Part shown: one piece after another, positions 1-7,532 of the stretch | Numbering within the stretch: the first letter of the stretch is position 1 | Layout: every line of letters begins with the position of its first letter | Origin: Parasynechococcus marenigrum WH 8102 | Lineage (GTDB): Bacteria > Cyanobacteriota > Cyanobacteriia > PCC-6307 > Cyanobiaceae | Assembly (NCBI RefSeq): GCF_000195975.1 | Contig: NC_005070.1 | Location: forward strand, 960,001 to 992,000 | Direction: 5' to 3' | DNA length: 32,000 nucleotides | Made by a program: the position numbers and the translations under genes | The notes under the pieces: model-generated | Told to the model about the DNA's origin: nothing | Seen by the model: the letters and a program-made list of their open reading frames with translations, nothing else | The model's database searches: none

Positions 1-1
1 G

Positions 2-487
2 GATTACCTCTCCACGCAGAACCTCGACGACATTGTCGTGGTGTCACCGGATGTGGGCGGTGTGGCCAGGGCCCGGGCCTTCGCCAAACAGATGAACGAT
101 GCGCCATTGGCGATCATCGATAAGCGCCGCACGGGCCACAATCTGGCCGAAAGTCTCACGGTGATCGGCGACGTCTCCGGCCGTACGGCGATCCTGATCG
201 ACGACATGATCGACACCGGTGGCACCATCTGCGCCGGTGCCAGGCTTCTTCGCCAGCAGGGTGCAAAACGGGTGATCGCCTGTGCCACTCATGCGGTGTT
301 TTCGCCCCCGGCCAGTGAACGCCTCTCGGCCGATGGACTGTTCGAGCAGGTGGTCGTGACCAACAGCATCCCGATTCAGCAGGAGCGAACCTTCCCTCAG
401 CTTCAGGTGCTCTCAGTTGCCAACATGCTGGGCGAAGCCATCTGGCGCATCCACGAGGAGAGTTCCGTCAGTTCGATGTTCCGTTAA
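2..487 (+). CDS. prs: Ribose-phosphate pyrophosphokinase (PRPP synthetase), C-terminal part; the 5' end lies upstream of the window
   Basis: The frame is open from nt 2 (DYLSTQNLDDIVVVSPDVGG...). It contains VVSPDxGG, AIIDKRR and the PRPP-binding loop ILIDDMIDTGGT typical of Prs. Stop TAA at 485-487. Confidence 0.9.
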   Translation, partial: DYLSTQNLDDIVVVSPDVGGVARARAFAKQMNDAPLAIIDKRRTGHNLAESLTVIGDVSGRTAILIDDMIDTGGTICAGARLLRQQGAKRVIACATHAVFSPPASERLSADGLFEQVVVTNSIPIQQERTFPQLQVLSVANMLGEAIWRIHEESSVSSMFR

Positions 488-1613
488 GGCCGCAGGCCTG
501 GCTCTGGGTCTGCTGCTGGCGTCGCCGGCTCTGGCGGAGTCGCGGATTGAGCGGTTGCTGCCGCGACGCACAACCATGGGGGTGTGGCTGACCAACAGCC
601 CCAGCAAGCTTTACTACAGCCGCGAGCGGATCACGGCCGCACTGGATCAACTGCAGCAGGCCGGTTTCAATCGCGTGGTGCCCAATGTTTGGAGCCGCGG
701 CACCACGTTTCACCAAAGTCGCTTTGCACCGGTGGAGCCGCCGCTCGTGAAGGCAGGTGTGGAGGTGGATCCGATTTGCACGCTGGCGGAGGAGGGCCGC
801 AAGCGAGGCATCAAGGTGATGCCCTGGTTCGAGTACGGCCTGATGGAACCGGCCGACGCCGCCGTTGTCCGGGGGCACCCCGAGTGGGTGTTGGCCAAAG
901 CCGATGGTCAGCGCTGGATGGCGATGCATGGGAATCACCGCATGGCCTGGCTCAACCCGGCGCATCCGGAGGTGCGAGAACGGTTCATCGGCCTGGTCGT
1001 GGAGACGTTGAAGCGCTGTCCGATGGATGGTCTGCAGCTGGATGACCACTTCGCCTGGCCGGTGCAGTTCGGCTACGACCCCTACACCGTTGAGCTGTAC
1101 CGGCAGCAGACCGGATCAGCACCCCCGCGTGACCACACCAACCGAATGTGGATGAGCTGGCGTCGCCGTCAGCTCACAGCGTTGCTGCGGGACTTGCGGG
1201 AACGATTGGAGCAGGAGGACCTTTCCACGACGATCAGCCTGTCGCCGGGACCGTTCCGGCATGCCTACAACCTTTGGCTTCAGGACTGGGAACTGTGGGC
1301 ATTGGGGGAGTTGATCGACGAGTTGGTGGTGCAGAACTACGCCTATTCCGTGAACGGGTTTGCCCGCGATCTCGACCAACCGGCGTTGCGCAAGGCCCGC
1401 GACTGGCGGATCCCAACCCAGATCGGAATCCTGGCGGGGTTCGGACGACGCACCACGTCTATCGGCGATCTGGAGCAGAAGGTTCGCCTGGCCCGTGAAC
1501 GCGGTTACGGCGTGATCTTCTTTTACTGGGAGGGCCTCTGGGGTCGGCATGTGCCGGAGACCAACCGCCAGCATCGCTTTGATTCCTTCCGGTTGCTGGG
1601 GCGTGAGGACTGA
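417..1613 (+). CDS. Glycoside hydrolase-like family 10 (GHL10 / COG1649-type) protein, probably exported
   Basis: 398-aa ORF. The region GVWLTNSPS...ALDQLQQAGFNRVVPNVW...GIKVMPWFEYGLM...AWLNPAHPEVRE...GLQLDDHF resembles the TIM-barrel GHL10 family. A signal-peptide-like KAAGLALGLLLASPALA lies near the N-terminus. The start is uncertain: ATG 417 overlaps prs by 71 nt, the next ATG is 576, and I see no ATG/GTG/TTG between 417 and 555 in this frame. Confidence 0.7.
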   Translation: MPTCWAKPSGASTRRVPSVRCSVKAAGLALGLLLASPALAESRIERLLPRRTTMGVWLTNSPSKLYYSRERITAALDQLQQAGFNRVVPNVWSRGTTFHQSRFAPVEPPLVKAGVEVDPICTLAEEGRKRGIKVMPWFEYGLMEPADAAVVRGHPEWVLAKADGQRWMAMHGNHRMAWLNPAHPEVRERFIGLVVETLKRCPMDGLQLDDHFAWPVQFGYDPYTVELYRQQTGSAPPRDHTNRMWMSWRRRQLTALLRDLRERLEQEDLSTTISLSPGPFRHAYNLWLQDWELWALGELIDELVVQNYAYSVNGFARDLDQPALRKARDWRIPTQIGILAGFGRRTTSIGDLEQKVRLARERGYGVIFFYWEGLWGRHVPETNRQHRFDSFRLLGRED

Positions 1614-1616
1614 GCC

Positions 1617-1850
1617 TTGACGGAGATCGAGCTCAACCGACTGCGCGCAAAGTTGCGGCGCCTGGCATTCACCGAGGAGGCGATTGATCGCACCCTGCGG
1701 CGATTTCAGAGGGATCTGGAGACCTTTGCGTCCGCCAGCCGGATCATCGAGGGCCTGGAGCGTAATAATCCAGAACAGCAGGTGCTGCAAGCCCTGGCCT
1801 GTGGCCTGATCGCGGCTGTGTTGGGCGGATGGTTTGCCACTGTGTATTAG
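1617..1850 (+). CDS. Small hypothetical protein with a C-terminal transmembrane helix
   Basis: 77-codon ORF with a TTG start 4 nt after the preceding stop. The N-terminal half is charged and helical, and the C-terminus is hydrophobic (LACGLIAAVLGGWFATVY). No family recognised. Confidence 0.4.
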   Translation: MTEIELNRLRAKLRRLAFTEEAIDRTLRRFQRDLETFASASRIIEGLERNNPEQQVLQALACGLIAAVLGGWFATVY

Positions 1851-1874
1851 CTGATGCGTTGGTGCTGATGGCGA

Positions 1875-2651
1875 TCAGGGGCGTTTGAACAGCAACAGCC
1901 CTACACAGAGCACGCCAATCAAAGGGCCAGGGGGGAGATCCGCGACAACCGCGAGCATCATGCCGCCGCCACAGAGCAGCAGGCCTGTTCCCGCAGAGCG
2001 CAGCATCAGCCCCCGCAAGCTCAGGCAGCGGTCCACATGCACCAGCACCGGAGCACAGAGCAGGGCGATCACCAGCACGATGCCCACAGCTGTGATGGCG
2101 CTGATCACCACGAGGGCGGTGATCACGATGGCGGTGAAACGAATTCTGGATACCGGCCGTTTGGCCGCGACGGCTCCATCGGGATCGACGCCGAGGAACA
2201 CCAGATCGCTGTAGGACAGGCTCAGAAGCAGCAGCAGCGCGACGGTTGCCACGGCGGTGCGTATCAGGTCTGCCTCGTTGGCGGCCAGAAGGTCGCCGAA
2301 CAGCAGCGTTTCCAGATCAACTCGCGCCTGTAGCAAGGGCACCATCAGCACGCCAAGGGCGGTGAATCCGGCCAGAACAGTGTTCATGGCACCTTCTTCC
2401 CGGCCTTTGAAGCGTTGGTTGAGTCGTTCCGCCAACAGCGCTCCCAGCAGTCCGCTGATCAGGCCGCCGATGGTTGGGTCGAATTCGAAGGCCAGCGCCA
2501 GGATCAGGCCCGGCAAGACCGAATGGGCCATCAAATTGGCCAGCAGGATGCGCCGCTGGGTGATCAGCAGTGAGCCGGTCGCTGGGCAAATCAGCCCGAT
2601 CAGCAGGGCCAGGATCAGTGGCGTCAGCCACCAGAGGTCGAGCTCAGCCAC
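1875..2651 (-). CDS. znuB: Metal (zinc-type) ABC transporter permease, ABC-3 family
   Basis: 258-aa polytopic membrane protein. The N-terminus LILALLIGLICPATGSLLITQRRILLANLMAHSVLPG is typical of ZnuB/MntB/TroCD permeases. It overlaps the upstream ATPase gene by 8 nt and sits in a Zur-box-controlled locus. Confidence 0.85.
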   Translation of the reverse strand: MAELDLWWLTPLILALLIGLICPATGSLLITQRRILLANLMAHSVLPGLILALAFEFDPTIGGLISGLLGALLAERLNQRFKGREEGAMNTVLAGFTALGVLMVPLLQARVDLETLLFGDLLAANEADLIRTAVATVALLLLLSLSYSDLVFLGVDPDGAVAAKRPVSRIRFTAIVITALVVISAITAVGIVLVIALLCAPVLVHVDRCLSLRGLMLRSAGTGLLLCGGGMMLAVVADLPPGPLIGVLCVGLLLFKRP

Positions 2652-3336
2652 AGCAATGACTCCCCATCAGGCAGGCCATGTCGTTGAGCTGGTCGCGCAC
2701 CTCAGCGGGGGATCCCGCGGCAAGCACCCTGCGATCCAGAACGACGACACGGTCGTAGCTGTCGAGGGCACTGCCCCAGTCGTGGCTGCTTACAAGAAGG
2801 GTCTGACCGGAGCTGGCCTGTTGGCGCATCACCCCGAGAAGGTGCTCACGGCTGGGGGGATCGATGGCACTGCAGGGTTCATCAAGCAACAGGACGTCGC
2901 TCTGCTGCATCAAGGCTCGGGCCAGCAGCACGCGCTGTTGTTGGCCCCCGGAGAGCTGATTGAGACGCCGCCCCCGCATCTCCCCCATTCCGACCCGCTC
3001 CAGCAGGGTCTCGGCCGTCGTTGTGCCATGGCTTTTGGTTTGTCCAAGCCTGACCATGTCCCTCACGGTGATGGGAAAGGTCCAGTCGATGGCTGCCCTC
3101 TGGGGCATCAGGCCAACGCTGCCGCCGCATTCAAAGGTTCCTCCTGAAGGTTGGAGGCGGCCATGCAACAGATGCAGAAGCGTTGATTTGCCAGCGCCAT
3201 TGGGCCCAACCAGTGCCGTGAGCGTGCCGGGCTGGAGCTCCAGGTCGACACGCTCCAGTGTTGGTTTTGGGCCGTAGCTGTAGCTGAGATTCCTGGCTGC
3301 TAGATGCCCCTTGATGGACGAATGCGGTTCTGTCAC
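2644..3336 (-). CDS. znuC: Metal (zinc-type) ABC transporter ATP-binding protein
   Basis: Walker A GPNGAGKST, ABC signature LSGGQQQRV, Walker B LLLDEP. GTG start at 3336. Upstream of and overlapping znuB. Confidence 0.85.
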   Translation of the reverse strand: MTEPHSSIKGHLAARNLSYSYGPKPTLERVDLELQPGTLTALVGPNGAGKSTLLHLLHGRLQPSGGTFECGGSVGLMPQRAAIDWTFPITVRDMVRLGQTKSHGTTTAETLLERVGMGEMRGRRLNQLSGGQQQRVLLARALMQQSDVLLLDEPCSAIDPPSREHLLGVMRQQASSGQTLLVSSHDWGSALDSYDRVVVLDRRVLAAGSPAEVRDQLNDMACLMGSHCCG

Positions 3337-3401
3337 AGCTGCGGTGGGTTCACTTCATCATGCGGTCGCGATTGGGTTGCGCCAACCCGTTGAACTGTAA
3401 A

Positions 3402-3414
3402 AATGATAATCATT
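3402..3414. promoter_or_regulatory. Fur-family operator (Zur-type box) in the divergent znuC/znuA intergenic region
   Basis: AATGATAATCATT is a perfect 6-1-6 palindrome and is identical to the central 13 nt of the classical 19-bp Fur box GATAATGATAATCATTATC. It lies in the 92-bp spacer between znuC (start 3336, minus strand) and znuA (start 3429, plus strand). This is the only AT-rich patch there. Confidence 0.65.
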
Positions 3415-3428
3415 CTCATGCGAGTGTC

Positions 3429-4349
3429 ATGGCGCGTCCTGCGCTTTTGGTCAAGGGTCTGGCGGTCGCCCTGGGCGTTGTCTCGGGTTGTTCAGTCGCG
3501 GCGCAGGCGGCCCAGCCAAGCGTTGTGGCTGTGGATGGAACCCTGTGTGACATCACCCGAACGGTGGTGGGAGCGGCGGCGAAGGTCACCTGCCTGATCC
3601 CGCCGGGTGGTGATCCCCACGGCTATCGCCTCAAGCCCAGCGACCGGCAGGCCATCGCAACGTCGGCAGCGGTGGTTCACATCGGCTTTGGTCTCACCCC
3701 TGCAGCCAATGAGATCACCAGTCCTGGGTCTGTCGTGGCCGTTGGCGAACAGGCATTGCCGAATTACAAGGGCGACGACCCCCATGTGTGGCATGACCCG
3801 GCCAACTCGGCCGCCATGCTGTCCGCACTGAGCACTGCTCTGATTCCTGTTCTGCCCGCATCGGAAACAGAAGCTTTTAAAGAACGCGCGACGGCAGCTA
3901 TTGCTGTGTTCAACGACCTCGGCCGTTGGGGAGCCATTCAGTTTGAAACGCTGTCTCAACCGCAGCGGGTGATCGTCACCGATCACAAGACCTACAGCCA
4001 CCTGGCTGATCGCTACGGGGTGGATGAAATTGCCATGCTTGATAGCTACACCACTGGGGGTGTGCTGCGTCCCTCCAGCCTGCGCAGGATCAGCAAGGAG
4101 ATCCAATCTTCAGGCGCAAAGGTGATTTTCACGCCATCGATTCCTCCCAACAAAACGCTCCGCAGGATCAGTAAGTCAACCGGATTGCCGATTGCGCCCA
4201 CACCACTGTTTGGTGAGGGAACAGCTGCCGGAGAAACAGCGATCTCCACGGCGGCGATCAACATCTGCACGATGGTGCAAGGGCAGGGCGGGACCTGTGA
4301 TAAGGCCTCTGCTGAGGCCCTGAATGATCGTTGGCAGGCCATTCGTTGA
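3429..4349 (+). CDS. znuA: Periplasmic metal-binding lipoprotein of the cluster A-I (TroA/ZnuA) family
   Basis: A start at ATG 3429 gives MARPALLVKGLAVALGVVSGC with a lipobox-like VSGC. The conserved GGDPHGY, DDPHVWHDP and VTDHKTYSHLADRYG blocks match ZnuA/AdcA-type binding proteins. The track ORF starting at 3360 would run across the Zur box, so I prefer 3429. Confidence 0.8.
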   Translation: MARPALLVKGLAVALGVVSGCSVAAQAAQPSVVAVDGTLCDITRTVVGAAAKVTCLIPPGGDPHGYRLKPSDRQAIATSAAVVHIGFGLTPAANEITSPGSVVAVGEQALPNYKGDDPHVWHDPANSAAMLSALSTALIPVLPASETEAFKERATAAIAVFNDLGRWGAIQFETLSQPQRVIVTDHKTYSHLADRYGVDEIAMLDSYTTGGVLRPSSLRRISKEIQSSGAKVIFTPSIPPNKTLRRISKSTGLPIAPTPLFGEGTAAGETAISTAAINICTMVQGQGGTCDKASAEALNDRWQAIR

Positions 4350-4361
4350 TGCCTGCTTGAC

Positions 4362-5546
4362 GTGCACACGTCCAAGCATCCTCAATCTTTTTTCCTCTCC
4401 CTCAACATTTTTTCTCCCGTGTTCGTCTTCTCAGCCAAGCCACGTCTCAGGCTCCTGCTTCTTGCCCTGCTTCTGCTCCCTTGCACTGCAGCCCGGCCTG
4501 TCATGGCCCATGGATCCCATGGGGGAGGTGATGAGGAACTTGAGGCTGGTGAGTTTGATTTCACACCTCTGATCACCATCGAAGGGCATGGTGGGTTTGA
4601 AACCAACTTGGATGACAACCCCAAGCATTACGCCATTGATGGATTGTTTGGTGGCGTGTTCCAGTGGGGCTTGGGCAACGGCGGAAGTCTCACGGTTGAA
4701 GCCGCCGTGGGACCTTCAGTGGTGTGGGGTGAGGCTGAACATTTTTACGGCAAGGTGCATGTTGATGATGATCATGGCCATGAGGATGAGGACCATCACG
4801 ATCATGCTGATGCTCATGCTGGTCATGAGGACGATCATGATCATCACGACGAACATGCTGAGGATGATCATCACGACCACGAAGAGCATGCAGATCACGA
4901 CCATCACGATGACCATGACGATCATCACGACGAACATGCTGAGGATGATCATCATGAGCACGCAGAGCATGCCCACGATGAACACGGGCATGGCGATCCT
5001 GAGCTGAAACGAACGGACGTTCGTGGTTTCTTCAGCGTGCGCTATGAACCCAATGATCGCCTCAGCCTCACGGTGGATTGGATGCCCTATTACGTCACCA
5101 GGGATCAAGGTGACGATATCCAGGGTTTAAAGAATGAGTTGGGTGCTGAAGTGGTTTGGGCGCTTGGTGATGGTGACGTTGACTTCGCGCTGGGTGATGG
5201 TCTCGAGAACATTCTCGATGGCGTTTTCCTCTCCGTGATGCACCGTCAGGGATGGGAATCCGATGGCACCTGGATGGGCAACTACACCGATCCCCGCCTG
5301 GGCGTTGGCTTCAACATTGACCAGATCAATGTCACCATCGATGCCGGGCCTCGTTTCTACACACCTGGCAGCTATTCAGGTTTGAGTCAGCGGACTGACT
5401 TTGCCGGTGAAGTGGAAGTTTCGATTCCCGTTGGCGATGCCGTTCTGTTCGCCCATTGGAAGCCGACCTACAGCCCGGATGATGCTCCTGGCTGGGGTGA
5501 AGGATGGCAGCACCACCTCGGCACGGGGGTGACCTTCAGCTTCTGA
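4362..5546 (+). CDS. Exported His/Asp/Glu-rich protein with beta-barrel-like flanks and a C-terminal Phe; putative outer-membrane metal-binding protein
   Basis: The ORF starts 13 nt after the znuA stop, at GTG 4362 or GTG 4419. Signal peptide KPRLRLLLLALLLLPCTAARPVMA. An ~80-residue stretch (nt 4758-4997) consists almost only of H, D, E and A. The remainder shows alternating-hydrophobic strand patterns and ends ...HHLGTGVTFSF, an OMP-like terminal aromatic. Confidence 0.7.
   Translation: MHTSKHPQSFFLSLNIFSPVFVFSAKPRLRLLLLALLLLPCTAARPVMAHGSHGGGDEELEAGEFDFTPLITIEGHGGFETNLDDNPKHYAIDGLFGGVFQWGLGNGGSLTVEAAVGPSVVWGEAEHFYGKVHVDDDHGHEDEDHHDHADAHAGHEDDHDHHDEHAEDDHHDHEEHADHDHHDDHDDHHDEHAEDDHHEHAEHAHDEHGHGDPELKRTDVRGFFSVRYEPNDRLSLTVDWMPYYVTRDQGDDIQGLKNELGAEVVWALGDGDVDFALGDGLENILDGVFLSVMHRQGWESDGTWMGNYTDPRLGVGFNIDQINVTIDAGPRFYTPGSYSGLSQRTDFAGEVEVSIPVGDAVLFAHWKPTYSPDDAPGWGEGWQHHLGTGVTFSF
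4839..4954 (+). repeat. In-frame 81-nt-spaced direct repeat inside the His-rich coding region
   Basis: GATCATCACGACGAACATGCTGAGGATGATCATCA occurs at 4839-4873 and again at 4920-4954, encoding DHHDEHAEDDHH twice. Surrounding codons are variations on GAT/GAC/CAT/CAC/GAA/GAG. Confidence 0.8.
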
Positions 5547-6869
5547 TCACCCCGCCGGCAGCCAGCGGGCTTCCTTGATCGATTCGTCCATCACTTTCCT
5601 CAATCGGAGAGTGTCGGCCTCGATCAGGGCGGCTCGCCCTCCCTTCAGATCGGGTTGGGTCAACGTCATCAACAGATCGTTGCCAACGGGGTTGTGCTCC
5701 ATCCCCGTTCCTGGGCTCAGGCTCCAGGGGGCCAGATTTCGCCGTTGAAGGACTGTGCCTTCGCTGTTGAACTGCACCAGTTCATGTTGGCTGCGCCGGC
5801 CCTGCCAGATTCCCAACACCGCCCAGATCCGATCGCCGGAGCCACTGCAGCTCACCGCCAGCACGGCCTGTTCACCGAGGTGGAGTTGTCGCGGGGCCAG
5901 GCCAGGAATCACCAGTTCGATGGAGCGGCGGTAGTCCGGCCAATGTCGGATCAGCACCGCGCGGCCAGACGTGGCACAGAAGGCCCCCAGCTCACGGCTT
6001 CCCGGCAGCACTTGGGGAGGCTTGCCGTTGTCCTTGAGTGGCTGGATGCTGATGCCGTTGTAGCCCGGCACCACCAGGCCACCGCCGGCTGGCAGCAGCT
6101 GCATTGGTCCAGAAGACGGCAGCTTCAGCATCTGTCGCTCGCCGTTGGCCAGCAGCAGCTCAAGGCTTTCACTACCCGGTTTCAATCCACCGGTCTGCAC
6201 CAGCAAATCGCCATTGATGTTGCTGCTGATGTGTCCAAACAGCAGATCGCCCTTACTCAGTGGTTCCACTACGCCTTGCACTGGTACTCCCAGCTGTTGT
6301 TGCGACAGGGCAAGGTTGCGGGGGGTGAGCCGTTTTCGCCAGATCGTCTCCTTTCCTTTGCCGTTACTGCTCACCATGGCGACACCGCTGCCGTTGCCCA
6401 GGGGAACCAGGCTCTGCAGCGAGGTCCAGACAGGGCTGAGGGGATGCCACTGGCCTTGCCGGTCCTGCAGCTGCAGCTGCTCCCCGCCCTCCACCTGCCG
6501 CGTCACCAGTAACCACGGGCGTGGATCCCACCATCGCTTCTGAGGCGTCATCGGTTGCATGCGCTGGTCGCGGCCCGCCAACGTCAGTGCGATGGGGGCA
6601 TCGATGGGCGTCATCCCTTCGAGGATCAACCGCAATCGGTTGCCTTGGCCCAACCAGCGATGGGGCAGTGCAGGGTCAAGGCTGCTTTCCGCCGCCAGGT
6701 TGTTGCGGTGCATCGAGCGGCTGAAGCTCAGGTCCACCGCCGCTCGACCGGACTGCAGGGGTTGTGGTTCGACGCCCAGCAGCCGCGGGGCCCGTCGCAG
6801 CAGCAGCTGTTGCTGGAGGACCACGGTCGCAGCAGCCAACAGCAGCAGCAGCGTCAGCCTGCGCGTCAT
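5547..6869 (-). CDS. Hypothetical secreted protein (440 aa), last gene of the permease operon
   Basis: Longest ORF in the region. N-terminal signal or anchor MTRRLTLLLLLAAATVVL. Its ATG overlaps the stop of the upstream DUF1980 gene (ATGA at 6866-6869). No family confidently recognised; the body looks like a repetitive beta-rich fold. Confidence 0.6.
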   Translation of the reverse strand: MTRRLTLLLLLAAATVVLQQQLLLRRAPRLLGVEPQPLQSGRAAVDLSFSRSMHRNNLAAESSLDPALPHRWLGQGNRLRLILEGMTPIDAPIALTLAGRDQRMQPMTPQKRWWDPRPWLLVTRQVEGGEQLQLQDRQGQWHPLSPVWTSLQSLVPLGNGSGVAMVSSNGKGKETIWRKRLTPRNLALSQQQLGVPVQGVVEPLSKGDLLFGHISSNINGDLLVQTGGLKPGSESLELLLANGERQMLKLPSSGPMQLLPAGGGLVVPGYNGISIQPLKDNGKPPQVLPGSRELGAFCATSGRAVLIRHWPDYRRSIELVIPGLAPRQLHLGEQAVLAVSCSGSGDRIWAVLGIWQGRRSQHELVQFNSEGTVLQRRNLAPWSLSPGTGMEHNPVGNDLLMTLTQPDLKGGRAALIEADTLRLRKVMDESIKEARWLPAG

Positions 6870-7519
6870 GGCTCCAGCGGTCGCTCGGGGCGGGGGATGG
6901 TCTTGATCACAGTCGGCACCACCACAGCGGTGGGTTCACCATGGCGCGGGGCGACCGTCATCCGGCCCTGAATCGCCAACCATTGGTTGGCTTTTGGTTC
7001 GGCATCCTCGGGCCAGGCCACTGCAAGACCCGCCGGGGTGGCATCGGCCAGGCAACAGCGCACGGTGAGCCTGGCGATCAACGGCGGCCCCTTGGGTTGC
7101 CGCCACACGAAGCCGCTGATGTTGACGGGATTTCCGTCCACCAGCTGCGGGTCGGGCTGGCTGCGCAGCAGCCGCACCCATTCCGTGAGGCTGCGCTGCT
7201 CCGGCGGCAACACGAAGGCGAGCTCCGTCGGCTCCGGCAGACCCTGGGGGCGGTTGCTCGCCAGATCACTGAAGGAGGGGTTCGGGGGGATCAGCAACAC
7301 CAGACAACCCAGTGCTGCGCTGATCAGCCAGGGCCAGCGCGTGGCCTCACGGCGGCGGCGATGTCCGATCACCAGCAGGAGTCCTGCTGCGATCAAAACG
7401 GCTCCAGAGGCACCGACCAGGCTGTGAAACACTCCGCGCAGCAACAGATCCAAGCGGCCGCTGAGCACGCTCCAAATCACCATCCATCCCCAGAGGATCA
7501 GCAGCAATCCGCGACTCAT
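6866..7519 (-). CDS. TIGR03943 / DUF1980 family membrane protein (partner subunit of the COG0701 permease)
   Basis: Two N-terminal TM helices are followed by a soluble domain with the CC-x-x-D motif (RLTVRCCLADATPAG) that I recall as characteristic of DUF1980/YcgQ-type proteins. It lies 13 nt downstream of a COG0701 permease, which is the canonical pairing. Confidence 0.65.
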   Translation of the reverse strand: MSRGLLLILWGWMVIWSVLSGRLDLLLRGVFHSLVGASGAVLIAAGLLLVIGHRRRREATRWPWLISAALGCLVLLIPPNPSFSDLASNRPQGLPEPTELAFVLPPEQRSLTEWVRLLRSQPDPQLVDGNPVNISGFVWRQPKGPPLIARLTVRCCLADATPAGLAVAWPEDAEPKANQWLAIQGRMTVAPRHGEPTAVVVPTVIKTIPRPERPLEP

Positions 7520-7532
7520 GCCACCCCCCGGA

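Noticed and set aside
3360-3428. Upstream extension of znuA from the ATG at 3360
   Set aside because: It would translate across the Fur-type box and add a non-signal-like 23 aa. ATG 3429 gives a canonical lipoprotein signal.
4588-5108. ORFs 4588-5007 (+) and 4716-5108 (-) rich in Met/Ile/Thr
   Set aside because: These are alternative-frame readings of the GAT/CAT/GAA-rich His-loop DNA. The His-rich frame has the signal peptide and continuity with the flanking beta-strand regions.
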